50,873 nt of DNA from a bacterium (GTDB taxonomy: Bacteria > Patescibacteriota > Minisyncoccia > 2-01-FULL-47-10 > JBBIMT01), in NCBI GenBank assembly GCA_037444265.1, contig JBBIMT010000001.1, positions 1-50,873 on the forward strand. Reading direction: 5' to 3'. The position numbers and the translations under genes were made by a program. The first letter of the stretch is position 1; every line of letters begins with the position of its first letter. The notes under the pieces are model-generated. The model made no database searches. It saw nothing but the letters and a program-made list of their open reading frames with translations, and was not told where the DNA came from. Below are positions 8,009 through 17,287 of this stretch, one piece after another.

Positions 8009-10114
8009 CTATCTATACCCTATTAAATCCATTATAACATTGACAAGGCCAAATGATAATAAAATAATAACAAATCCTATAGCCGCCCAAAGCATCATTT
8101 TTGAAGCAGTTTTTACTCTTTCAGGATTACCTCCAGAGATAAGATACATAATTCCAGCAATAATAAATATAGCCGGAGCTAAAATAATTGCTAACCACTG
8201 CAAAAAAGTGCCAATTCGTCTAATTAACTCAAGTAAAGTGGAATCGCATAAAGGATTAGGAATTATAATTTCACCTTCTTTAGGTTCAGGCATTGATGAA
8301 CAAAAATTTTTTTTCTTGCCGTCACCTCCACCTGTTTCAGAGTCTTTAGGTACACAGATAGCATTTCCTTTCCCATCATCTACGCATTTTTCTGTTTTTA
8401 AATCGCATTTAGAGATATTTTCTGGACTTAAACAAGGATCTGTTAAAACTGGCGGCAAAATATCACTGCCCATACTTACACATTTTCCGCTTACGCATTT
8501 TTTTCCAAAATCACTACAACAGGCTAAAAGAGCGGGTGTGCATATATTATCTGGATTATAATAAATTGAACAATCATTAAAAATTCTTTCAGGCATACAC
8601 TTTAAAAACTTACCGTCTTGGTCTTTTAAGCATCTACCGCTTGAGCAAATAGTCGTTAGACAATTTTCATCGATTCGAGTTTCTTGGACGCATTCTAATA
8701 ATTTCCCATTTTGATCTCTTAAACACATACCACTTGAACAACTAACACTGCAATTTTCATCAAATATTTTTTCGCCATTATTGCTTCCTCCAACATTACC
8801 ACCTAATGGCGGACTGGCGTTTTTTTCTTGTCCAGAATCAAATGTCCCTTGTGCAAACAATAAAGAACCAAGCGCCCAAGTCTTATACTCAACTTGTCCG
8901 CTTTTATTTATCAAAGACGTAAAAGTGCATTTCTCATATTCCTTTAAATCGCCACCTTGAATGATTTGCCATTTACAATAACTATCAATTCCTGCATTAA
9001 ATTCATAATTCAAATTATTTCCTTGTTCGCCTAAATTTTTATAACCTACATTTAAGTCCCTTAAAGTAGTAGCCTGCTTCAAACCAGAAACAAAAGCCGC
9101 ATAATGGTTATAAATATTTTCCATTGCTACTGGAAAAAGAGCAATCGCTGTTTTTACATCATCATTACCAGATGAGTTCAAAAGATTAGCTAAAAAATTA
9201 TAAATCACGTTACCTGCGAAGTTTTTCAGTTTAGCCAAAGTATCAGCTAAATTAGCAATTTCAATTAAATGTCTAGCCGGCTCTATTAATCCATGAAGTT
9301 CTTTTGGATAATTTGATGGCGAATCAAAATTTCCACCTGAAGACAAAACCGCTACGGTTTGCGATAGTGCATCTTTATCAAAATATCTATCAAATGTTAT
9401 TCCAATTGACTCAAACCAAGCGTTAACATCTCTAAAATCAGAAAGTCCTTTTAAAAAACCCATTAAACAACGAAAAACTGAAAGCCCAAAATCAACTTTT
9501 TTAAACATATCACTACTTTGTTTAATATCTACAGGCACATTGTTGATTTTCTCTAAAAAGCATTTTGCATTATCCTTTACCTCCTGAGCGCTCTTTGTTA
9601 AATCTATATTTATTGCTTTTAAATAATAACCTATCGCATCTTGTATCATGTCTACAAAGGAAATAACAAAAAGCACCGCCACTTCTTCGCCTAAAACTCC
9701 AATAAAATTCTCTTTAAGGTCAGGATATTTTTCGCTTAAGAATTTCTCATACAATTTAGTGAAACTTGAGTATTTTTCCTTTGTAAAATTATTGATATCA
9801 ATATCTATTTTATTGCCAGAAACATTGGGTACAAAAGTATGTCCATAGACTAAATAAACAGGACGCAAAACAGTCGCTGCATCTTGTTGTAAAGAATTAA
9901 ATTTTTGTTTTAAACTTTGAAGTTTAGACTTAAAAGCGTTCAGCTCTGATATTATTTGAGCTTCAGCGTCAGCAGTTCCTCCATTGTTGCTCCCTTCTCC
10001 TGGTGGTGGTGGCGGAGGTGGCGGCGCTTGAGCTAAAGCGATAAAAGGAAATATCGCTAATAACAAAATAACTATAGCGATTTTTCGTTTAGTATTTTGA
10101 TGACAAAAAGACAT
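8009..10114 (-). CDS. Large secreted protein ('B'): signal peptide, Pro8 tract, ~430-aa unknown domain, Cys-rich array, C-terminal TrbC/VirB2-like pilin module
   Basis: Signal peptide MSF..KRKIAIVILLLAIFPFIALAQA followed by PPPPPPPP (nt 10001-10024). There are 20 Cys in 172 aa (nt 8246-8761). The C-terminus is PLCDSTLLELIRRIGTFLQWLAIILAPAIFIIAGIMYLISGGNPERVKTASKMMLWAAIGFVIILL. Confidence 0.7.
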   Translation of the reverse strand: MSFCHQNTKRKIAIVILLLAIFPFIALAQAPPPPPPPPGEGSNNGGTADAEAQIISELNAFKSKLQSLKQKFNSLQQDAATVLRPVYLVYGHTFVPNVSGNKIDIDINNFTKEKYSSFTKLYEKFLSEKYPDLKENFIGVLGEEVAVLFVISFVDMIQDAIGYYLKAINIDLTKSAQEVKDNAKCFLEKINNVPVDIKQSSDMFKKVDFGLSVFRCLMGFLKGLSDFRDVNAWFESIGITFDRYFDKDALSQTVAVLSSGGNFDSPSNYPKELHGLIEPARHLIEIANLADTLAKLKNFAGNVIYNFLANLLNSSGNDDVKTAIALFPVAMENIYNHYAAFVSGLKQATTLRDLNVGYKNLGEQGNNLNYEFNAGIDSYCKWQIIQGGDLKEYEKCTFTSLINKSGQVEYKTWALGSLLFAQGTFDSGQEKNASPPLGGNVGGSNNGEKIFDENCSVSCSSGMCLRDQNGKLLECVQETRIDENCLTTICSSGRCLKDQDGKFLKCMPERIFNDCSIYYNPDNICTPALLACCSDFGKKCVSGKCVSMGSDILPPVLTDPCLSPENISKCDLKTEKCVDDGKGNAICVPKDSETGGGDGKKKNFCSSMPEPKEGEIIIPNPLCDSTLLELIRRIGTFLQWLAIILAPAIFIIAGIMYLISGGNPERVKTASKMMLWAAIGFVIILLSFGLVNVIMDLIGYR
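8597..8752 (-). repeat. Two tandem copies of a ~21-aa cysteine module within protein B
   Basis: CSVSCSSGMCLRDQNGKLLEC (nt 8690-8752) and CLTTICSSGRCLKDQDGKFLKC (nt 8597-8662). Confidence 0.8.
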
Positions 10115-10261
10115 ATGTATAAAATAGGGTTTGAAAAATTTAAGATTTATGAATTATAAATTACGGATCAATTTTAATTTTTCAATTTAACAATTTTTGC
10201 AAATTCTTAGATTACAAATCTTAACTTTAAAATCTCAATCCAACATTAATTATTCCTTTTA

Positions 10262-12115
10262 TTACTTTACCGGACAAGTTATACTAAACCATCTTTCAGG
10301 AAAATCTTTTATTGCTTCCGGATTTACAAAAGCAATTAGGATAGTATTAATTATAAGCCAAGCACCATAAATAATCAAAATTCCAATTGCTACGCCTATT
10401 AAAATATCAGTTCCCTGTCTTACGCGATTTGTATTACCAAAATTAAATAAATACATACCACCACCAATTATTATCAGCAAAATAGCAATTGTAGGGACAA
10501 GTTTTAAGGTAACAAAATTGATAATTTTTTGGATTAGATAAAAAAAGTGGCAAAATGTGCAAGGGCAGCCAGCAGTTCCTCTGCAAGGAATAAGTCCTCC
10601 GTTTTCCAAAATACCGTTTTTGCAATCTTGGTCAAATGCCATTTGCGAAGGGGGGTTTGATTGGGGAGGTTCTTTGGATTCCCCGGTTCTTCCAGTATCT
10701 CCCACAACTTTACAAAGAAGCTCTGGTTTTTGATAATCAACGCATTTACCTTGTTTTCCATCGATTTCACATTTATCATCCACTGATTTTCCTTCACAAT
10801 CGTTAAAAACTGGTTTGCACCATAAACTTAAATCTGAAGAATTGGGAATATAATTACATCTTCCGCTTTGACCGTTATTGGCTGTACAAGCTTGTCCCCT
10901 ATTTTTTCTTTCACAATCATCTTTTGTGCCTGAAAGTTGATTATTATCTTGACCTATTTGACCTTCATTTAAGCCACCAATCATTAAAGGCTGATTATTA
11001 TCTGCTTTGATAACAGCAACTTGCGCCGAAACTTCAGAAGACTCAGAAGTATCATAAAACGATGGAGATATAGTAGTTGGCAAATCGAAATTTGAAGATG
11101 GTGGCGGTGGAGGTGGCAGTGATACCTGCGTATAAAGATTATTAAATATATTAAATTGTGATAAATTAATTTTAGGATTAAAAGTATCAAAATCATAAAC
11201 TTTTCCCTTGTATTTAATAATCCATTGAATTTTATCATCTGCCCCAATCGCCCCAACGCCTTCCAAAGAAAAAGTTATCTCACTACTTGACTTTTGTGTT
11301 TTTATTTGAATATTGGTGATTTTAAAAATAGCGCTGATATCCCCGGCAAAATCGGAAAAACCATTCAGACTAAATTCAATTTTTAAATTATTTGTTATAT
11401 GATTAATAAGCTCATCAAAAGTTTTTGGCAAAGTCGTTTTTATAATACCTTCTAATTCTTTTATCAAACTATATTTATCGGCGCAGCCTGAATCTAATTT
11501 AAGATCAGTTTCACAAAGAGCGATTCTACCAATTAACAATGCTGCCTGATCTGCTTCTTTTTTAAACTTCTGGTATAAATTTTCAAGCTCACCCTTAACA
11601 ATATCTTCTAACTTTTTTTTGCCAGAAACAGTAAGTTCAAAATTTATTTTAATATTTTTTAAATTTAAATTGGATTTTGATTCGTTGTAGGATTTTTGCA
11701 AATTATCTAACGCTGTTAAAGTTTTTTGACTAATATTTACAACATTTTGAATATCAGATATAGAAGACACTAGTTGTAAAAAACTATCGAAATTTTCTTT
11801 TGCCTCAAATAAAAGCCCAGAATCAGCCCCACTTAATATCTCTTCAATGATATTTTTTATTTCGTTTATACTTTCATTAACGAAAGTTTTAAAACTTTCA
11901 GGATTTGAAAAAATTTTGGTTTTTTTATCAATTTGGACTAAGGACTTAGTAAAAGCGTTAAAATTATCAACGAAGTCTTTTGCAGATAAAATTAAATTTT
12001 TTAATGAGCTATTTTTATCAAGCAAAATTTTTAAAGCTTGATTTCGATTTATTTTTTTTTCGCTATCTTCTATGGTTATTTTAGCTTTGATTTTTTCCTG
12101 GCTAGTCTCGTTCAT
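10262..12115 (-). CDS. Large protein ('C'): coiled-coil/helical N-terminal region without signal peptide, Pro6 tract, Cys-rich modules, C-terminal TrbC/VirB2-like pilin module
   Basis: Strong RBS AAAGGAGA. LPPPPPPSS lies near nt 11099-11116. Cys modules CERKNRGQACTANNGQSGRCNY...WC and CEGKSVDDKCEIDGKQGKCVDYQKPELLC occupy nt ~10622-10921. The C-terminus is IPCRGTAGCPCTFCHFFYLIQKIINFVTLKLVPTIAILLIIIGGGMYLFNFGNTNRVRQGTDILIGVAIGILII. Confidence 0.7.
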   Translation of the reverse strand: MNETSQEKIKAKITIEDSEKKINRNQALKILLDKNSSLKNLILSAKDFVDNFNAFTKSLVQIDKKTKIFSNPESFKTFVNESINEIKNIIEEILSGADSGLLFEAKENFDSFLQLVSSISDIQNVVNISQKTLTALDNLQKSYNESKSNLNLKNIKINFELTVSGKKKLEDIVKGELENLYQKFKKEADQAALLIGRIALCETDLKLDSGCADKYSLIKELEGIIKTTLPKTFDELINHITNNLKIEFSLNGFSDFAGDISAIFKITNIQIKTQKSSSEITFSLEGVGAIGADDKIQWIIKYKGKVYDFDTFNPKINLSQFNIFNNLYTQVSLPPPPPPSSNFDLPTTISPSFYDTSESSEVSAQVAVIKADNNQPLMIGGLNEGQIGQDNNQLSGTKDDCERKNRGQACTANNGQSGRCNYIPNSSDLSLWCKPVFNDCEGKSVDDKCEIDGKQGKCVDYQKPELLCKVVGDTGRTGESKEPPQSNPPSQMAFDQDCKNGILENGGLIPCRGTAGCPCTFCHFFYLIQKIINFVTLKLVPTIAILLIIIGGGMYLFNFGNTNRVRQGTDILIGVAIGILIIYGAWLIINTILIAFVNPEAIKDFPERWFSITCPVK

Positions 12116-12135
12116 TTACATTCTCCTTTCAAAAA

Positions 12136-12182
12136 ATGACGGATCGTTCACTTTTTTAAAGATGACATACTGTTCACTTTTT
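12136..12182 (-). promoter_or_regulatory. Two tandem 21-bp repeats ATGAC-N5-GTTCACTTTTT (26-bp period) just upstream of gene C; candidate operator
   Basis: 12136-12156 is ATGACGGATCGTTCACTTTTT and 12162-12182 is ATGACATACTGTTCACTTTTT. They lie 21-67 nt upstream of the start codon at 12115. Confidence 0.3.
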
Positions 12183-12329
12183 GTAAAGCAAAAAATTTAA
12201 AAAAAAAGAAAAAAGCACAAACGCGACAAAGCTTACCGAAAATGTTAAGAAGGAAATTTTAAAAATTTTCAACATACAAACTAACAAAGTCAAACCTTGA
12301 TGCGTATTGATTTATAATTTAAAAATCAA

Positions 12330-13829
12330 TCACCTTTTAGTTGGTGGAATAAGGACTTTTACTTTCTCATTGGCTGACTTTAAAGCTTCAAATATTTCTT
12401 TATTTCCCTTTAAAACATCTTCCATTGCATTGATTAAAATTTGTTCAACAAGCGCTCTATCTGGACGAGGCCAACTTTTAGCTGTTAAAGATTGAACTGC
12501 AAAAACTCCGAGTTCTGGATGATTGCCTTGAAAATCGACAAGATCTTTTCTAGCAGTTGGCCTGAAAGCTTTTTCTAAATAAACTTTAGAATTATCTTTA
12601 TTGGTCAAAAATATTAAAAACTCCCACGCGCTATAGCATTTTGCGCCACAAATAGATCCTTGTCGCGTTTTATCTAAAACCTTATTAGTTACGGCAACAC
12701 CATAATAATCAGCATAATTTACTTTACTAAAAGAATCAGCTTTTAGTTGAGGTACAGGCGCAACTCCAAAATTTAAATAAGCATTTTTATTTTTAATATC
12801 GGGTATGATATAAGCATAATCTAATATCATTGACACTTCTTCTCTAACGAAAGCATCTATTGAATAGTTTTGTCGATTATTCCAAGTATAAACATCTTGA
12901 TTATTTATTAAAGCAATGGGATTGGCAAAAGCTAAATAAAATTTAAGGGCATCAATCACTGGAAATACAGTCCGACCATCCGATAAAACACGACTTTCCG
13001 TAAAAGAAACTTTTCCTTTTTGTAAATCAATTGGAGAAGCCCCACTTTGAAGGGCAAGAAGCATAAAAATATCTACCGCTCGATGCACTGTTTTAGTATC
13101 GCCTAAAGCAACAGCCGCACGCTCAATAAAACCATCTATTCTAATGCGACGCAATTTTTGGACAACAGATATAAACTCATCCCAAGTTTGGGGAGGTTGG
13201 GCAATAGCAGAAGAATAAAAATGGTTTTTATTATAAAATAAAGCTAAAGTATCGACATAAAGTGGCATTGCATACACCTTACCATCAGAAATAAAATCTG
13301 CTGCTGCTACTGGTACAAAAATTTCACCATAATTTTTTAAAATATTTTGATAAAGTTCTTTTTTAAAGGAAGCGTTTGTATATTCACAATTCTTTTTCGG
13401 TGTGTTTTTAGGAATTGGCGGTATAGTATCTTCAGCAGTGGTGAAAAATTTTCGATAAAACTGATTATAAACAATACAAGGAGGTAAAGGTACTAAAAGT
13501 TCTTTGTTTTTAAAAAGTTCAGTATTATGAAGCATTATAATATCCGGCCCCTTACCGCTAGCAAGTCCTTCTAAAATTGCTTTTTCATAATCCTGAGGAC
13601 TTAATTTTTTATAAGAAATAGAAATATTAGGACGCACTAACTTAAAATTTTTTATTACGCTGTCATAAATATAAGAATCATCATATACCCCCCAAAAAGT
13701 CAAAGAAACTGGTTCAAGTTTAGGTGGAGCTGGTTTGGTTCCAAATGTAAATACCAAAAGGATAATCAAAATGAATGCCGCTAATCCCCCAAAAAGTATA
13801 ATTTTTGTTTTTGATTCGACTAAACTCAT
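12330..13829 (-). CDS. Extracellular solute-binding protein (ABC-type, family 1-like), membrane-anchored; no cognate permease or ATPase nearby
   Basis: N-terminal TM anchor, then LTFWGVYDDS...GKGPDIIMLHN...YAMPLYVDTLALFYNK, which is typical of sugar/solute SBPs. Confidence 0.7.
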   Translation of the reverse strand: MSLVESKTKIILFGGLAAFILIILLVFTFGTKPAPPKLEPVSLTFWGVYDDSYIYDSVIKNFKLVRPNISISYKKLSPQDYEKAILEGLASGKGPDIIMLHNTELFKNKELLVPLPPCIVYNQFYRKFFTTAEDTIPPIPKNTPKKNCEYTNASFKKELYQNILKNYGEIFVPVAAADFISDGKVYAMPLYVDTLALFYNKNHFYSSAIAQPPQTWDEFISVVQKLRRIRIDGFIERAAVALGDTKTVHRAVDIFMLLALQSGASPIDLQKGKVSFTESRVLSDGRTVFPVIDALKFYLAFANPIALINNQDVYTWNNRQNYSIDAFVREEVSMILDYAYIIPDIKNKNAYLNFGVAPVPQLKADSFSKVNYADYYGVAVTNKVLDKTRQGSICGAKCYSAWEFLIFLTNKDNSKVYLEKAFRPTARKDLVDFQGNHPELGVFAVQSLTAKSWPRPDRALVEQILINAMEDVLKGNKEIFEALKSANEKVKVLIPPTKR

Positions 13830-13865
13830 AACTTTTAGTTTATAATAAAAAATAAAATATTTATT

Positions 13866-14396
13866 TCATTTCACAAAAACAAGTCCAAAATGAGCAATTC
13901 CAGCGTTAAAACTTTCTAAGAAATTAAATCCTACTTGAAAAGCTTTTTCTTTAAATTTTTCTGAATCAATTTTATGTTCTTTAGGACCGAAACTGGCTTT
14001 ATTTGACCAATCGATGACGATTAATTTACCTCCGTGTTTCAAAATTCTATAAGCTTCATTTAAAATTTTAATTTTATCTTCATCAGGATTTTGAAACATC
14101 ATATTTGCAGCAAAAACAAAATCGCAGGAATTTTCTCTTAAAGCAGTGCTTTGGGGCAAAGCTAAATTAGTTTTTTTAACTTCAATATTTTTAAAACCAA
14201 ATAAATGGGCCTTTCTTAAAAGCCCTTCAAGCGCTTCATCTAGAATATCAAAAGCGTAAATTTTTCCTTCATTGCCTATTTCTTTGGCAATCAATAAAGT
14301 TAAATGGCCATGCCCACAACCAAAATCAGCAACTTTAGCACCGTTAAAAAAAGCGCATTTTCTAATAATATCTTCCGGATTTAATAACCCGTCCAT
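13866..14396 (-). CDS. Class I SAM-dependent methyltransferase
   Basis: Motif I VADFGCGHGHLT and post-I/II motifs (IYAFDI, LKHGGKLIVIDW). Confidence 0.8.
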   Translation of the reverse strand: MDGLLNPEDIIRKCAFFNGAKVADFGCGHGHLTLLIAKEIGNEGKIYAFDILDEALEGLLRKAHLFGFKNIEVKKTNLALPQSTALRENSCDFVFAANMMFQNPDEDKIKILNEAYRILKHGGKLIVIDWSNKASFGPKEHKIDSEKFKEKAFQVGFNFLESFNAGIAHFGLVFVK

Positions 14397-14489
14397 ACTT
14401 ATCCTACCCTTCTTTAATTTTAAAATTTAAATTATTTTCGATAATACCTTTTAATACTTTTTTGCTTTTAAAATATATCTTATTCGCCT

Positions 14490-16880
14490 CTATAATATTA
14501 CCGCATCTGCTACCTTATCGTTTAAATCAAATTTCATTATAATGACTCCTTGAGCATATCTGCCTTGTACTGGAATTTTAGATATTTCTGTTCTCATTAT
14601 TTGTCCCATTTCTGAAACTATCAACAACTCTTGAGAATTTTCTTTAACTGCTTTGAGAATTTTTATAGCACCGGTTTTTTGATTTACTTTAGAGAGCTTC
14701 CTACCTGTACCACCGCGTCCCTGAAGAGAAAATTCTTTTATAGATACTTTCTTACCCAATCCTTTTTCAGTAATTACCAAGATTTGAGATGATTTTTTCA
14801 TATCTTCAACACTAATAACTTCCGCACCAATCACTTCATCTCCTTTTTCTAAACGAATTCCTTTGACTCCTCCGGCATAACGCCCTTGCTCTGAAATATT
14901 TTTAACAGCAAACAAAATAATTTTTCCAAATTTAGTAGCAATGAAGATAAAATCTTTATCATCGGCGAACTTTAAAAATTTTACCACATCATCCTGAGCT
15001 ATTTTCACAGCAATAAGTCCCCCTCGCGAAATATTCGTAAATTCTTCCTGTTTTGTTTTTTTAATTTTACCATATCTAGTAATAAATACAAAATATTCTT
15101 TTGCAATATCATATTTTTTAGTTACTATAACAGAAATAGGTTTTTGCAAAATTATATCCCCCTTTTGCTCTCGCTTTTTATCTGGAATATCATATGCCTT
15201 ATAAACGAACATCACTCCATCATTTGTTAAGATAAATACATCATCAGTAGTTTGACAATATACCAAATGCTTTGCTTTATCATCGGAATTAACTAAAATA
15301 CCTAAAATGCCTTTACCACCACGAGCCTGGGCTTTAAATAATTTCGGTGAAATTCGCTTCACATAACCATTATCAGTGCCAATGATTAAAGTTTCTTCTT
15401 TAATAACTAAATCTTCTTCTGCAACCTCTTCAAATTTACCCTTAATAACTTTGGTTTTTCTTTCATCTCCGTAAAGCTTTGCCAGTTCTTTTATTTCTTT
15501 TTTAATTTCAGCTAAAATCTTTTTTGGATGAGCTAATAAATCTTTAAGATACGCGATAATTTTTCTTTTTTGTTCTAATTCGTCGGAAATTTTTTTTCTC
15601 TCAAGTCCAGCTAATCGCGCCAACTGCATTTGTAAAATTGCTTCCGCTTGAATTGATGTAAACTGAAATTTTTTAATCAAATTTAAAGCAGCTTCCTCTC
15701 GCGTTTTTGAACTTTTAATTACTTTAATAATAGCGTCAATATAATCTAATGCTTTTGAAAGACCTTCTAAAATATGTACTCTTGCTTGAGCTTCTTTTAA
15801 ATCAAATTGCGCCTTTTTTGTCCAAATAATCTGCCGATGCTTAATAAATTCAGAAATTATTTCCCGAATTGACAAAACTTTAGGTTGCACTCCATCGACC
15901 AATGCCAAAAAATTAACATAAAAAAACTGCTCGAGTTCTGTATATTTAAACAAATATTTCAAAACCTGCTCTACAGAAAAACCCTTTTTTACTTCAATTT
16001 TGATAGAAATACCATTTTTATCAGATTCATCTCTTATATCTTTGATGCCTTTAATATTATCTTCTTTTACTAAATCGGCTATTTTCTGGATTAAATTAGC
16101 TTTGTTCGTTTGATAAACAAGTTCTTTTATAATAATTTCATTATCCTTGATTTCAGTTTTAGCACGACAAGGAATTGCCCCCTTGCCTGTACCATACGCC
16201 TTTAAAATAGCATTCCTATCATAGATAATTCCACCAGTTGGGAAGTCAGGACCCTTAATAAAATTTAATAAATCTTCACTCGTGCAATCGGGATTATCAA
16301 TCAAATAAACAGCCGCATCAGCTATTTCTTTTAAATTATGTGGAGGAATAGAAGTTGCCATTCCAACCGCAATGCCTTTAACACCATTAAGTAATAATTG
16401 GGGTAATTTTGATGGCAAATAAGCTGGTTCTTTTAAAGTATTATCGTAATTGGGCACAAAATCCACAGTTTCTTTTTCTATATCTTCCAGCATCTCTTCT
16501 GCCATTTTAGTCATTTTTACTTCTGTATAACGCATAGCAGCCGGCGCATCCCCATCTATTGAGCCAAAATTACCTTGCCCATAAATCAAAGGATACCGCA
16601 TTGAAAAATCCTGCGCCATTCTGGTCAACGCGTCATAAACCGGCATATCACCATGAGGATGATATTTCCCCAAAACTTCTCCGACAACTGTGGCTGACTT
16701 TCTAAATTTTGCTCCTGATTTTAATCCTAACTTATACATTGCATATAAAATCCGTCTTTGTACTGGTTTTAATCCATCCCGAACATCAGGCAAAGCGCGT
16801 GACACAATAACACTCATTGCATAATCTAAATAAGATTTTTCTAAAGTTTCAGTGATTTCTTTTTGGATTATTTTTCCCAT
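14490..16880 (-). CDS. gyrA: DNA gyrase subunit A
   Basis: [28 protein letters not shown], the active-site region AAMRYTE, and C-terminal beta-pinwheel repeats. Confidence 0.95.
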   Translation of the reverse strand: MGKIIQKEITETLEKSYLDYAMSVIVSRALPDVRDGLKPVQRRILYAMYKLGLKSGAKFRKSATVVGEVLGKYHPHGDMPVYDALTRMAQDFSMRYPLIYGQGNFGSIDGDAPAAMRYTEVKMTKMAEEMLEDIEKETVDFVPNYDNTLKEPAYLPSKLPQLLLNGVKGIAVGMATSIPPHNLKEIADAAVYLIDNPDCTSEDLLNFIKGPDFPTGGIIYDRNAILKAYGTGKGAIPCRAKTEIKDNEIIIKELVYQTNKANLIQKIADLVKEDNIKGIKDIRDESDKNGISIKIEVKKGFSVEQVLKYLFKYTELEQFFYVNFLALVDGVQPKVLSIREIISEFIKHRQIIWTKKAQFDLKEAQARVHILEGLSKALDYIDAIIKVIKSSKTREEAALNLIKKFQFTSIQAEAILQMQLARLAGLERKKISDELEQKRKIIAYLKDLLAHPKKILAEIKKEIKELAKLYGDERKTKVIKGKFEEVAEEDLVIKEETLIIGTDNGYVKRISPKLFKAQARGGKGILGILVNSDDKAKHLVYCQTTDDVFILTNDGVMFVYKAYDIPDKKREQKGDIILQKPISVIVTKKYDIAKEYFVFITRYGKIKKTKQEEFTNISRGGLIAVKIAQDDVVKFLKFADDKDFIFIATKFGKIILFAVKNISEQGRYAGGVKGIRLEKGDEVIGAEVISVEDMKKSSQILVITEKGLGKKVSIKEFSLQGRGGTGRKLSKVNQKTGAIKILKAVKENSQELLIVSEMGQIMRTEISKIPVQGRYAQGVIIMKFDLNDKVADAVIL

Positions 16881-16937
16881 ATTAATGCTAAAATTATTTT
16901 AAATATAAGTCATTATTAAAATCGTTAAATAATATCA

Positions 16938-17243
16938 TCACTCCTCATTCTCATTGCCATTTTCATCAAAATTCGGTTTTGGCGTTAAAAATTCAGCAAA
17001 ATCGCTGAAAAATTCTTTTAAATTTCCGAATAAAGATGGAATAACTATTTGGTTTCTTTTAGGTTCTTCGTGAGGTTTGCTAAAATTTAGTTGAAGTTTA
17101 TTTTTAATGTAGATTGACCAAAGAAGTAAAATAATAATTATAGTAATAACGCTATAAAACCACATAAGCCTTTTTCTTGTAGAATATGGTTTAGCTCTCA
17201 ATTTTTCAACATATTCTTTTGTTTTATAGACAAATTTTTGCAT
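16938..17243 (-). CDS. Hypothetical small single-pass membrane protein with acidic tail
   Basis: ORF with one TM (LMWFYSVITIIIILLLWSIYI). No recognisable motif. Confidence 0.4.
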   Translation of the reverse strand: MQKFVYKTKEYVEKLRAKPYSTRKRLMWFYSVITIIIILLLWSIYIKNKLQLNFSKPHEEPKRNQIVIPSLFGNLKEFFSDFAEFLTPKPNFDENGNENEE

Positions 17244-17287
17244 TGCCAGATTGATTATTTTGTTTGCTTTATAAATCCGTTTTTCAA

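Noticed and set aside
7959-8561. 200-aa plus-strand ORF overlapping the 3' end of gene B
   Set aside because: It is antisense to a CDS with clear domain structure (Cys modules and a pilin anchor). Its translation is low-complexity with no start context. It is a shadow ORF typical of biased composition.
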